Positions 48,031 through 57,946 of a stretch of DNA of 64,000 nt are shown in pieces. The notes below the pieces were generated by a model, which saw only the letters and a program-made list of their open reading frames with translations, had not been told where the DNA came from and did not search any database. The first letter of the stretch is position 1, and each line of letters opens with the position of its first letter. Both the position numbers and the translations under genes were made by a program. The DNA is from an uncultured archaeon (GTDB lineage Archaea > Thermoproteota > Nitrososphaeria > Nitrososphaerales > Gagatemarchaeaceae): NCBI GenBank assembly GCA_963817525.1, contig CAWFOU010000001.1, positions 96,001 to 160,000 of the forward strand. The letters run 5' to 3'.

Positions 48031-49608
48031 GTGGTATTTGGTCTAATGGTTACCTCGGTTATCTTCTCCCCAGTCGCTGACATAATCCTCGGGGTCTCGG
48101 TCCTGCTCAGCTTCTCCTTCTTCATCTACGGCATAAACACCCTGCACCTCACCCGGAAAGCCCGTGGTTACACTCAGCCCAGTCAGGCAGGGATGACGTC
48201 CAGGCCGGCGGTGGCGGTGCACCTCCCCGTCTACAACGAGTTCTACGTCGCCGACAGGCTTCTCAACGCCTGCGCGAAGATGGCCGACAACTACGGCAAG
48301 GGGCTAGTGAGGGTCTGCGTCATCGACGACTCTGACGACGAGACCCGTGACAAGCTGGACGCCCTGAAAGACAGTTACGTCCAGCAGGGCTACAACGTGG
48401 AGATACTTCGGAGGGGGACGAGAGCGGGATACAAGGCCGGGGCACTGCAGGCCGCCCTCGAGAGGACGACCGAGCCCTTCGTCGCGGTATTCGACGCGGA
48501 CTTCGCCCCCAATGAGGACTTCCTCGACAAGACCGTCCCCTTCATGCTCCAGGACGAGAAGGTGGGTTTCGTCCAGTGCAGATGGACCCACTTCGACAGG
48601 ACCTACAACATGATCACGGAGACCCTCGCGATAGGGATCGACGCGCACTTCCTCCTCGAGCAGCCCGGCCGCTGGAGCAGCGGCTACATGATGAACTTCA
48701 ACGGCAGCGCTGGCCTCCTGCGCACGGCCGCGATAAGAGGCGCTGGCGGCTGGAACTCGGACACCCTGGCCGAGGACCTGGACCTGAGCTACCGCATGCA
48801 GCTCTCGGGCTACAAACCGGTCTACCTCAAGGACGTCAAGGTCCCGGCGGAGCTCCCTCCGACGATCACGAGCCTCAAGAGGCAACAGGGGCGCTGGGCG
48901 AGGGGCTCCATCCAGACGGCGCGCAAGGTCTGGCCGACGGTCTACGCCTCGAAGAAACTCTCCATCAAGCAGAAGTTCGAGGCATTCGTCCACCTCACCT
49001 ACTACATGGTCCACCCGTTGATGGTCTTCTCCTTCGTTCTCGCCCTGCTCGCGGTCTTCCTCAACGTGAACGTCATCAACTACGGCGTCCACGTCACCCT
49101 CCCCAACCCGGGGGCCCTATTCGGCGCCTCGGCGCTTGTGACTCTCGAGATAGTCCCATGGGCGGTCTTCACCCTGATGATAGTCCTCTCCACCCTCGCC
49201 GTGCTATACTACTGCATCGAGGCGGTGAGGACCCAGCACCTCGGGCTCTTCAGGAACGTGAAGCAGATCATTCTCCTCGTGATCTTGGGCTACGGGATCA
49301 GTGTCAGCAACTCGGTGAGCGCCATGTCGGGCCTCCTCTCCCACCAGACCGGGGTTTTCCTCAGGACTCCCAAGTACGCCATCACCGGCAGCGCGGGGAC
49401 CTGGAGGGAGAAGAAGTACCAACTCGCCCTCAACCGCGTGACGGTTTTCGAGACGGTCGCTACGGTCGTCGGGATCATTGCCCTCGTCTACGCCGCGGCC
49501 GAGCACAACTTTGGGATCATCCCGATCCTGGTCGTCTACGTGACGGGCTACCTCGCGGTGCTCTTCTTGACCCTCTCGCAGTCGGTCTCGAAGCAGCGCG
49601 GCAACTGA
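48031..49608 (+). CDS. GT2 membrane glycosyltransferase (cellulose synthase-like/CslA)
   Basis: DDS, KAGAL, FDAD, AED, QQGRW. Confidence 0.92.
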   Translation: MVFGLMVTSVIFSPVADIILGVSVLLSFSFFIYGINTLHLTRKARGYTQPSQAGMTSRPAVAVHLPVYNEFYVADRLLNACAKMADNYGKGLVRVCVIDDSDDETRDKLDALKDSYVQQGYNVEILRRGTRAGYKAGALQAALERTTEPFVAVFDADFAPNEDFLDKTVPFMLQDEKVGFVQCRWTHFDRTYNMITETLAIGIDAHFLLEQPGRWSSGYMMNFNGSAGLLRTAAIRGAGGWNSDTLAEDLDLSYRMQLSGYKPVYLKDVKVPAELPPTITSLKRQQGRWARGSIQTARKVWPTVYASKKLSIKQKFEAFVHLTYYMVHPLMVFSFVLALLAVFLNVNVINYGVHVTLPNPGALFGASALVTLEIVPWAVFTLMIVLSTLAVLYYCIEAVRTQHLGLFRNVKQIILLVILGYGISVSNSVSAMSGLLSHQTGVFLRTPKYAITGSAGTWREKKYQLALNRVTVFETVATVVGIIALVYAAAEHNFGIIPILVVYVTGYLAVLFLTLSQSVSKQRGN

Positions 49609-49620
49609 ACGGCTTCCGGT

Positions 49621-50589
49621 CTAGACAGTCGCGCGGGGAAAGAGGCCGGCCTGCGTCGAGATCCGGCTTTCGCGCCTTAGTATCAGGACGACGAAGGCGA
49701 TTATCCACGGGATGAAGATGAGCTCGCCAATGACCGAGTGGAAGGCCTGGAATGCTTGCGGGTTGGTTATGTTGCTCATCGCGTAGACCGCGAGGAGCGC
49801 GAGCCGGAGCACGTTCACCAGGAACGACCCCACCACCCCGAGCGCGAGGTAGAGCGCGCCCCTCGCCCAGCCGGTCCCGGCCTTCACGCAGATGGCCACG
49901 ACCACCAGCAGCCCGATCACTATCCCGTCCAGCCCGGCGGAAGGCCAGAAGACTTGGAGGTTCATCGACCCGAGGCTGTTCTGGAGCATCAGGATGTTTC
50001 CGTGGGCGTGCGCCGCGCCCGGCGCGAAGAGGTCGAGGGTCCCCGCGACCACCTGGAGGACGGGCGGGACGACGTATCCGAAGGGGCCGAGCGTGTTCAT
50101 CGGCAGGAGGACGTCGATGAAGAGGAACGAGGCCATCCCGGCCGTGTAGATCAGGGGCGTTATGGTCTTCGACGCGCGATCCAGGAACAGGAGGGAGACC
50201 AGGAAGACAGAGGTCACGGCGTAGTCGATCCCCCAGACCCAGCTGTACTGGACTATGATGGGGCTGACGTCCAGGCTCCTTCCCTCTGAGACTACCCAGT
50301 TGAAGACAGCAGGTTGGGCGTACGCGAAGTAATAGACCGCCGCAACCGCCAGGGTGAGCCAGGCGGCGTATGCCTTCCTGGCGCTCTTGAGGGGTGTCAG
50401 CGAGACCCGCCCCGCCTCCAGGAAGACGAGTGGGACAATGGCGAGCATCGCCGACCTTCCCTCGTTCCAAGAGCGCGTGAAGCTGTACGGGTCTGCCAGG
50501 AACGCGACGAGGACTAGGATGACGAAGTAGACGATGTAAGGCGTGCCTGCGGCCTTTGCCTTCGCGCGATCCAGCGCCTCCCTGGGCAT
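49621..50589 (-). CDS. Archaeosortase/exosortase family protein, Ser type (thaumarchaeosortase-like)
   Basis: VFWPSAG (Ser at the Cys position), NVLR and FH in a polytopic membrane protein. Confidence 0.8.
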   Translation of the reverse strand: MPREALDRAKAKAAGTPYIVYFVILVLVAFLADPYSFTRSWNEGRSAMLAIVPLVFLEAGRVSLTPLKSARKAYAAWLTLAVAAVYYFAYAQPAVFNWVVSEGRSLDVSPIIVQYSWVWGIDYAVTSVFLVSLLFLDRASKTITPLIYTAGMASFLFIDVLLPMNTLGPFGYVVPPVLQVVAGTLDLFAPGAAHAHGNILMLQNSLGSMNLQVFWPSAGLDGIVIGLLVVVAICVKAGTGWARGALYLALGVVGSFLVNVLRLALLAVYAMSNITNPQAFQAFHSVIGELIFIPWIIAFVVLILRRESRISTQAGLFPRATV

Positions 50590-50711
50590 CAGCGTAGATG
50601 ACCCCCTGGCTCGACCATGACCACCAATCGCCCCGAAAAACCTTGGTCTTCCGACCATCCATCCGCATTATTAATATGCGTCGGAGAAAAGAGCCAACGG
50701 GTGCTGAAGTA

Positions 50712-51644
50712 GTGAGTAGGGACGCCTGGAAAGGCAGAGACGTCATCAGCATCTTGGACTTTTCGCGCTCTGAACTCGAGTCGCTCTTTGCCTCGGCGGA
50801 CGAGTTCGTGGGGCCCCCAAAGCCCCGGAAGGACCTCGCGGACTACATCGTGGCGACCGCCTTCTTCGAGCCCAGCACGAGGACCAGGCTGAGCTTCACG
50901 ACGGCGGCCCTGAGGCTCGGTGCGAAGGTGATAGACCTCTCGCCTGACGTCTCCTCCATCCTGAAGGGCGAGAGCCTCCACGACACCACGATGATGCTCG
51001 AAGGATATTCCGACCTGATAGTGATGAGGCACCCCTCGGAGGGGGCCGCCCTCCTCGCAGCCGAGCTCAGCTCGGTCCCGGTCGTGAACGGCGGGGACGG
51101 CTCGCAGCACCACCCCAGTCAGGCCATGCTCGACCTCTTCACGGTCAGGAGGCTGAAGGGACGTATAGACGGCCTGACCTACACGGTGCTCGGCGACAAC
51201 AGGTATGCTAGGAGCGCGACCTCCTTCCTGTACGGATTGACCAAGTTCAAGCCAAAGATGGTCTACGTCGTCTCCCCCGAGACCCTGCGCCCCCGCGACG
51301 AGATCATCAAGCAGCTGAAGGGGCTGGGGCTCCGCTTCGAGCAACGCTCCGACCTTGAGGAGGTCATCCAGAGCACCGACGTGCTCTACCTGACGAGGAT
51401 CCAGAAGGAGAGGTTCCCCGACCCCAACGAGTACGAGAAGGTGAAGGGGAGCTACAAGCTCACCAAGGAGATACTGGCGAAGGGAAGGCCTGGCATGATA
51501 GTCCTCCACCCCCTTCCTCGCTCCACGGAGCTGCCCTATGAGATCGACTCGGCAAAGTCGGCGGCCTACATGACCCAGGCGCACCTGGGCGTCCCGCTCA
51601 GGATGGCGCTCCTCCTCAAGGTGATCGGCGGAGGCAGGGCTTGA
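50712..51644 (+). CDS. pyrB: Aspartate carbamoyltransferase catalytic subunit
   Basis: FFEPSTRT, KGESL, HPSQ, RIQKER, HPLP. Confidence 0.96.
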   Translation: MSRDAWKGRDVISILDFSRSELESLFASADEFVGPPKPRKDLADYIVATAFFEPSTRTRLSFTTAALRLGAKVIDLSPDVSSILKGESLHDTTMMLEGYSDLIVMRHPSEGAALLAAELSSVPVVNGGDGSQHHPSQAMLDLFTVRRLKGRIDGLTYTVLGDNRYARSATSFLYGLTKFKPKMVYVVSPETLRPRDEIIKQLKGLGLRFEQRSDLEEVIQSTDVLYLTRIQKERFPDPNEYEKVKGSYKLTKEILAKGRPGMIVLHPLPRSTELPYEIDSAKSAAYMTQAHLGVPLRMALLLKVIGGGRA

Positions 51645-52159
51645 TGGGGGCCACCACGGGGACCCGGAAAGGCCGGAGGCCCGAGAACGACGACAAGACC
51701 ACCATGCTCGTCAGGAAGATACCCGACGGCAGCGTCATCGATCATATAGCCGCGGGCAAGGCCCTCTCGGTCCTCAGGCTCCTGGGCGACCCCCAGGAGA
51801 ACGGCTTCACCATCGCGATGGTGATGAACGTCAGCAGCTCAAAGATGAAGCGGAAGGATATCGTCAAGGTCGAGGGGATGGAGGTCTCCCCGGAGCAGGT
51901 CCAGCGCCTTGCGCTGATAGCCCCACGCGCGAGCGTGAACATCGTGCGCTCGTACCGGGTGGTGGCGAAGCGGAACGCAGTCCCTCCGCGCACACTGAGG
52001 GGTATCCTGAGCTGCACGGCCCCGACCTGCGTCTCGGTCCGCGAGAAGGACTCCGCGCCCTCGATCTTCTTCCTCTCCGGCAGGTCTCCCCTAAGATACC
52101 GGTGCAAGTACTGCATGAGGGAGCTCACGGAGAAGGAGATATCGTCCCAGCTTGGCTAG
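51641..52159 (+). CDS. pyrI: Aspartate carbamoyltransferase regulatory subunit
   Basis: GSVIDHI, KDIVKVE, Zn ligands CTAPTC...CKYC. Confidence 0.95.
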   Translation: MMGATTGTRKGRRPENDDKTTMLVRKIPDGSVIDHIAAGKALSVLRLLGDPQENGFTIAMVMNVSSSKMKRKDIVKVEGMEVSPEQVQRLALIAPRASVNIVRSYRVVAKRNAVPPRTLRGILSCTAPTCVSVREKDSAPSIFFLSGRSPLRYRCKYCMRELTEKEISSQLG

Positions 52160-52586
52160 CGGCCGCATCAAGACGAGGGTCTTCACAACCGGGGTGGTGC
52201 TCAACCGCGGCAGGCTCCTGATCCTGAAGCGGAAGGAGGACGACGACTCCTACCCTGGGGTCTGGGACTGCGTCGGCGGGCACTTCGAGAAGGGCGAGTC
52301 GGCTGAGGAGTGCGTGCACAGGGAGGCCACGGAGGAGAGCGGGCAGCCCATGGAGATAGTCAAGCTCGGCCCCCTCATAGAGTACCTCGACTCCTATGGC
52401 AGGGCGGTCGCCGTCCCCTTCGTCCTCAGGCCCGACCCGAAGAAGGGGATCTTCCCTTCGGAGCACTCCGAGTACAGGTGGATCAAGCTCAGCGAGGTGA
52501 AGGACTATGAGATCGTCCCCGACCTCGCCAAGGCGCTCCTCCTCTTCGGGCTCCTCAAGGGGAGAGCAGCGCGTCCTCGGTCCTGA
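52152..52586 (+). CDS. NUDIX hydrolase
   Basis: GGHFEKGESAEECVHREATEESG. Confidence 0.92.
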   Translation: MASGRIKTRVFTTGVVLNRGRLLILKRKEDDDSYPGVWDCVGGHFEKGESAEECVHREATEESGQPMEIVKLGPLIEYLDSYGRAVAVPFVLRPDPKKGIFPSEHSEYRWIKLSEVKDYEIVPDLAKALLLFGLLKGRAARPRS

Positions 52587-53817
52587 CGTTCCGCTCTTTG
52601 TAGAGCTGGACGAAGTAGTACACGTTCAGCAGCCAGAAGATAGACGCGAAGAAGAACAGCAGGAAGTTCCTCTCCGGGTTTATCGCGGAGATGATGTTGG
52701 CCTCGATGGTCAGGATGTGCGGGTACACGGGCGCGACATACCTGATGAGCAGGACGTCGTTCGTGACGTGATACGACAGCACGGCCACGATCGACGCGAA
52801 GACCAGGTTCCTCCTCTGGGGGCTCCACATCGCCACGTCGATCAGGGCCAGCGCGAAGAGGTAGAGCGCGTACTGCTCGTTGACCTGACCCCTCAGCACG
52901 AGGAACGTCACCGTGATCAGGATCATGGACTGGACGAGCCCCCGCTCCGTGTCGAAGCCGAACCACCTCCAAGCCGCGAGGGTGGCGAGCGCCACCCCGG
53001 CCACCCAGATGTAGCCGCCCCAGACGTTGAAGAAGTTGAGCGAGGAGTTGGGGATCCAGCCTATCGTGTTGAGGTAGAACATGACCTCCCACGCGGAGAG
53101 GGAGAACCTCCCGGTCTGGAGGGTGCTCTGCATCGTGCTTCCGAAGACCGAGAGCGACCAGCCCGTCGCGTAGACTATGGCCAGGCTCAACAACACGGGT
53201 ATCCCTATCGCGAGGGCTAGGTTCCTCAGGGGCTTGGGGCCTCTCGAGAGCGGGATCGCGTAGATGACCGGGATGGACTTTGCGAAGGTCGCCACCCCCG
53301 CCCACATTCCCCTGTATGCCCCCGGGCGCGCCGTGAGGGCGAAGACCACGAAAAGTATCGCGATGGAGTCGAACATCCCCCAGATCGACGACACGATTAT
53401 CATGAAAGGCGTGAAGAGCCAGACCTTCAGGACGAACGAGGCTTTGTCCGAGCCTCTCCTGTCCACGTATCGGAACAGGTAGTAGGCCACGCCCACGTCG
53501 CTGAATATCACTGGCTGCTTGAGCAGGAAGTAGTAGAGGAATCGGGTGGGCGAGCCCACGAGAACGTAGAGCTTGTAAAGCCCCCCCGCCACGAGGGGCC
53601 AGAAGGGGAGGTAGCCGATGGCGGCCCCGAAGCTGTATCCAAAATCATTGGCGAAGCTCACCCCGGGCGCGGGCGGCATGTCGCTGTACGGGCTGACGCC
53701 ATGCGCGACCCAGTAGCCCGTCCTCACCCATATCTCAAAGTCGAAGGGGTGGCCCGTCCAGAAGCTGAAGGCCTCTCGCACCAGGAGCCCGACAAGGAGA
53801 AGGTCTCGTGTCTTGAT
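52555..53817 (-). CDS. GT-C (GT87/PIG-M-like) membrane glycosyltransferase, copy 1
   Basis: GHPFD, GYLP, WGMFD, VNEQY; probable start ATC 53817 (first canonical start GTG 53781). Confidence 0.75.
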   Translation of the reverse strand: MKTRDLLLVGLLVREAFSFWTGHPFDFEIWVRTGYWVAHGVSPYSDMPPAPGVSFANDFGYSFGAAIGYLPFWPLVAGGLYKLYVLVGSPTRFLYYFLLKQPVIFSDVGVAYYLFRYVDRRGSDKASFVLKVWLFTPFMIIVSSIWGMFDSIAILFVVFALTARPGAYRGMWAGVATFAKSIPVIYAIPLSRGPKPLRNLALAIGIPVLLSLAIVYATGWSLSVFGSTMQSTLQTGRFSLSAWEVMFYLNTIGWIPNSSLNFFNVWGGYIWVAGVALATLAAWRWFGFDTERGLVQSMILITVTFLVLRGQVNEQYALYLFALALIDVAMWSPQRRNLVFASIVAVLSYHVTNDVLLIRYVAPVYPHILTIEANIISAINPERNFLLFFFASIFWLLNVYYFVQLYKERNVRTEDALLSP

Positions 53818-53931
53818 TTTCCCTTCCGCCTCTACTTCCCCTGCAGAGTCGGTCGCCTACTTATTTTATCCCCCTTGGCCCGGCTTCGCAAAGCGAAGGA
53901 AGAGTTGTAAGGATGCCCTCCCATCACATGC

Positions 53932-55197
53932 TCATGGCCGGGGAAGGGAGTCTTCGGTCCTGGCATGCCTCTCCTTCGACAGCGAGAAGAAATAGTAGAT
54001 GTTAACCGCCCAGAACGCAACCGCCTCCAGCAACAGCGCGTCGATCCTCAGCGTGCTCACCTTGGCGATGAGGTCAGATTCCACCGTCAAGGCCTGGTGA
54101 AAGAGCGGGCTGGCGTACCTTATGAACAGGAAGTCGTTGGTACCGTTGAAAATGAGCACAACAGCCATTGAGGCAATCACGAGGTTCCTCCTCTGTGGGC
54201 TCCACATGCCTACGTCGATGAGAGCGAGGGCGACAAGGTAGAGCGCGTACTGTTCGTTCACCGCCTCTCTGAGCAGCAGGAAGGTCAGAGTGATCAGCAG
54301 AAGGGACTGCACGAGCCCCCTCTCTGTGTCGAACCCGAACCACCTGTACGCGAGGACGATTGCAACCGGGACCGCCACAATCCAGACATATCCCGCGAAC
54401 CAGAAGAGGCCGAGGGCGGAGTTGGATATCACGCCGAGGCTGTTCAGATAGTATAGCGTCTCCCATAGCGAGAGCGACGAGCCGCTCTTCGCAACGGTGC
54501 TTGCCACAGAGCCCCCGACGACCGAGACCGGCCATCCCATGATCCAGATTATCAGCAGGCTAGCCATGATCGGGATACCGAAGGCGAGGACGAGGTTCCT
54601 GAGGGGCTTCGGGCCCCTCGAGAGGGGGATAGCGTAAATGACCGGGATTGACTTTGCGAATGTGGCCAGTCCCGCCCAGATCCCCCTGTATGCGCCGGGC
54701 CTGACGGTGAGGGCGAAGACCACGAAAAGTATCGCTATAGAGTCGAACATCCCCCAGATCGCCGACACCACTATGGTGTAGGGCGAGAAGAGCCATGCCT
54801 TCAGGACGAACGAGGCTTTGTCCGAACCTCGCCTTTCGACGTATCGGTAGAGGAAATACGCGACGAGGACGTCGCAGATGATGGCGGGCTGCTTGAGAAA
54901 GAAGTAATAGACAAACGGACTGGGCGAGCCGATCAGCGCGTAAAGGTCGTATAACCCCGCCAGGAGGATGGGCCAGAACGGCAAATAGCCGATCGCGGCG
55001 GAAAACGTGGAACCCGGTACGAAGTCGTTCGCGAAGCTCACTCCGGGCGCGAAGGGGAGGCTGGCGTAGGGATTGTAACCCCTCGCGACCCAGTATCCCG
55101 CCCTCACCCAGATCTCAAAGTCGAAGGGGTGTCCTGTCCAGAAGCTGAACGCCTCTCGGATCAAGAGCCCCGCTAGAAGAAGGACCGGTATCTTGAT
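53932..55197 (-). CDS. GT-C membrane glycosyltransferase, copy 2 (tandem paralog)
   Basis: Long identical blocks shared with copy 1; probable start ATC 55197 (first canonical start TTG 55164). Confidence 0.75.
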   Translation of the reverse strand: MKIPVLLLAGLLIREAFSFWTGHPFDFEIWVRAGYWVARGYNPYASLPFAPGVSFANDFVPGSTFSAAIGYLPFWPILLAGLYDLYALIGSPSPFVYYFFLKQPAIICDVLVAYFLYRYVERRGSDKASFVLKAWLFSPYTIVVSAIWGMFDSIAILFVVFALTVRPGAYRGIWAGLATFAKSIPVIYAIPLSRGPKPLRNLVLAFGIPIMASLLIIWIMGWPVSVVGGSVASTVAKSGSSLSLWETLYYLNSLGVISNSALGLFWFAGYVWIVAVPVAIVLAYRWFGFDTERGLVQSLLLITLTFLLLREAVNEQYALYLVALALIDVGMWSPQRRNLVIASMAVVLIFNGTNDFLFIRYASPLFHQALTVESDLIAKVSTLRIDALLLEAVAFWAVNIYYFFSLSKERHARTEDSLPRP

Positions 55198-55203
55198 TGC
55201 CCC

Positions 55204-56250
55204 TTGCCTCCTCTTGTCTCCTGCACATCCTTCAACCTACTTATCGCTTCGGGCGCGTCTTCACGGCTGCTCCTTCGTGATTGGAGGACCCGTAGCTCCA
55301 TGAGGCTTGCGGGATCGCGCCCTGCCCGGTGGCTAATCCTAATAGCACGTGGTCGGTCCTCTCCATCGTCGATGTTCAGCTGGGGATACGCGCGGCGCGC
55401 AGTAGAAACGGCGGTCCGCAACCCCAGCGCCCTCATGTCCCTCTTAGGGGGCGGGGACCCTGGAGAGGTCATCTACAACAAGCGGATGGGCGAGTGGCTG
55501 GTCACGAGGAAGGAATACCTTCTCGGGCCCAAGGCTACTTTCGGCTTCAAGATCTTTCTCAATCCGGACGACATGTCGCAGACCTCCGCGCTGATCGCGG
55601 CGAGCGGTTGGCTGAATCTCCCGGTAACCTGTCTCCTGTTGGATCTGCTCAAGCCTGGGATGAACGTGGTCGACGTAGGCGCAAACCTCGGATTCTATGC
55701 CCTCCTCTCCGCGAAGGCCGTCGGAAAGACCGGTCGGGTCTGGGGCTTCGAACCCGAACCGCACAATTTCATGTTGATGACAAAGTCGATCCAAGCCAGC
55801 CGCTTCGAGAACATCGAGCCGATCCACATGGCCCTCTCCGACGAAGCGGGGCAGGGGAGGCTTTACCTGGCTCCCCCCTCGGAGCCAAATGCTCACACAC
55901 TGACGCGGGACAGGGGCTTGGGGTCTATCGACGTCCCAGCCGCGTCGCTGGACGAATTCTGGCGGGCGCGCGGCGCCGGTCGGCTGAATCTCCTAAAGGT
56001 GCACGTGTTCGGAGACGAGCCCATCGTCCTCCGAGGCTCGATGAGAGTCTTGCGCGAGTCGAGGCCGATGGTGCTCACCCGTTTCGGGTCCTCAAGGTGG
56101 AGCGACGACCCCGGTCTGATAGACGACCTCTTCTCCTGGTACAACGTATACGAGATAGTGGAGTCGCCTTCGCTCATAAGGCCGATTGCAAAGTCCATGC
56201 TAGCCACGGGAGGTCGCAGGGGGATCTTCCTCTTTCCCAAGCGAGGATGA
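55204..56250 (+). CDS. FkbM family methyltransferase
   Basis: VDVGANLG, FEPEP, LKVHVFGDE; the true start is probably further downstream (e.g. near 55372). Confidence 0.85.
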   Translation: MPPLVSCTSFNLLIASGASSRLLLRDWRTRSSMRLAGSRPARWLILIARGRSSPSSMFSWGYARRAVETAVRNPSALMSLLGGGDPGEVIYNKRMGEWLVTRKEYLLGPKATFGFKIFLNPDDMSQTSALIAASGWLNLPVTCLLLDLLKPGMNVVDVGANLGFYALLSAKAVGKTGRVWGFEPEPHNFMLMTKSIQASRFENIEPIHMALSDEAGQGRLYLAPPSEPNAHTLTRDRGLGSIDVPAASLDEFWRARGAGRLNLLKVHVFGDEPIVLRGSMRVLRESRPMVLTRFGSSRWSDDPGLIDDLFSWYNVYEIVESPSLIRPIAKSMLATGGRRGIFLFPKRG

Positions 56251-56343
56251 ATCCCCACGGAAATTCCGTAGCGCCGGAGTCGGTCGAATGTCGAATGGAC
56301 AAACTCTTAACTTCGTCCTTCGTTTCTTTCCCTACTGGCCAAA

Positions 56344-57504
56344 TTGCAGAGCGGGGAATATCTCCGGCTCCGGACGGTAGGAAGAAAGACGGGTAACCCC
56401 CACGACGTGATTGTCCGCTATCTGACAATGGACGGAAAGATAATCGTCTTCCCACAGAATACGGGCCGACAGGATTGGGTGGCAAACCTCGAGAACAACC
56501 CGAAGACCGAGCTCTTCACCGCTGATTTTACGGTAAAAGGGACGGCTAAGATCAAGCAGATCACAGGTCTGAATGATCCGCTCCTCTCAGCCTTCACCAG
56601 GAAATATGGAGAGAGGGATGTGCGGAAGCGCTACTGGGGTCAGCATCGGTACGCCGAGATCGAGATAACGTCAAGTTCCAACTCCCTCGACTACGCTCAG
56701 CTGGTCTACGCTGAGCTGGAGGCGGCGTTTGACGGAGTCGCCGAGAACTACGACCACCACATAATGGACAACGAGATGAACCTCTGGCTGAGAAACCGTT
56801 CAGTGAGCCTGTTGAAGCGATGCTTCAAGCCGGGCGAGAGAGTCCTCGAGGTCGGGTGCGGGACGGGGACGGAGACCCTTTCACTCGCCCAGCACGGTGT
56901 CTCAGTGATAGCATCCGACGTCTCCTCAAAGATGCTCAAGATCCTTTCAAAGAAAGCTTCGACGTTGATGTTGGACGGCCGGGTTGAGACCTTGCACGCA
57001 AGGCCATACGAGCTTAGGGAGAAGATGAGATCGGCGGGCGTCGACGAGGTAGACGGAGCGTATTCCACCTACGGCGCGATAAACACGGATCCGCTCCTGC
57101 CGCAGTTGTTCAGGGACCTGGCCTCCATGATAAAGCCGGGAGGCATTCTCATCCTTGGCGTGTGGAACAAGTATTGCCTGTCCGAGATTCTCGGATACAC
57201 GCTTCGCATGAAGCCCAGCTTGGTCGTAGCGCGGATAAGAAACCCGGTGCCGGTGGGAAAGTCGCGCTTTTGCATAGCCTCGAACGCGTACGACGTCGGG
57301 GCGATCAGATCGTTCATGAAAGGATTTTTCGAGGTGAAGGAAGTGCGCGGAGTGGAAATCTTTCTACCTCCTTCGAACCTAGTCCACTACCTCCCTCCGG
57401 AGCCGCTGAGGGGGGTGCTCAAGCGATTGGACACAAGCCTCGAGGGGCACTATCCCTGGAACAGGCTGGGCGACCACTTCCTACTCGTCTGCCGGCGCGT
57501 CTAG
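56344..57504 (+). CDS. Split-barrel (deazaflavin nitroreductase-like) domain fused to a class I SAM methyltransferase
   Basis: LRTVGRKTG...DWVANL N-domain; VLEVGCGTG C-domain. Confidence 0.8.
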   Translation: MQSGEYLRLRTVGRKTGNPHDVIVRYLTMDGKIIVFPQNTGRQDWVANLENNPKTELFTADFTVKGTAKIKQITGLNDPLLSAFTRKYGERDVRKRYWGQHRYAEIEITSSSNSLDYAQLVYAELEAAFDGVAENYDHHIMDNEMNLWLRNRSVSLLKRCFKPGERVLEVGCGTGTETLSLAQHGVSVIASDVSSKMLKILSKKASTLMLDGRVETLHARPYELREKMRSAGVDEVDGAYSTYGAINTDPLLPQLFRDLASMIKPGGILILGVWNKYCLSEILGYTLRMKPSLVVARIRNPVPVGKSRFCIASNAYDVGAIRSFMKGFFEVKEVRGVEIFLPPSNLVHYLPPEPLRGVLKRLDTSLEGHYPWNRLGDHFLLVCRRV

Positions 57505-57929
57505 CATCCTCGTGCATTGGGCAGGTCCTCCCTGCTCGACCTCGCAAGGTCGGCCTCCACGGGCGTGAGCCTGAGGGAACGGATCTTCGGGTCGGAATAC
57601 CACTCCTTGACGGTCGGGATGCCGTACTTTTTGGCAAAGAGTCCTTTGACGAGATCCAGGTCGTAGAATCGTTCTGCGGCCACGGTCTCCGCGCGGTCGC
57701 CTGCCGCTAGCCTCCCGCTCTTGCTCGCCAGGGCGTTGGCGAACCAATCGCTCCTGCCTCCTCCGCCCATCACAAAATACGCGCCCTCGTGGAAGACGAA
57801 TCTAACGACCACCGCGTGTTTGCGGCGGCTGGTCCTCCCGACGGTGACGAAACTGATCGTGTGAGCCTCGGCCGCGGATGCCGCACCGTGTCCGTCTCCT
57901 CTCGGCGGCATCTCTCCATCCGTGACCAC
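57501..57929 (-). CDS. Deazaflavin-dependent nitroreductase family (DUF385-like) protein
   Basis: TVGRTSR...SDWFANAL...FAKKYG. Confidence 0.75.
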   Translation of the reverse strand: MVTDGEMPPRGDGHGAASAAEAHTISFVTVGRTSRRKHAVVVRFVFHEGAYFVMGGGGRSDWFANALASKSGRLAAGDRAETVAAERFYDLDLVKGLFAKKYGIPTVKEWYSDPKIRSLRLTPVEADLARSSREDLPNARGC

Positions 57930-57946
57930 CCTTCTCCTCCGCCGTC

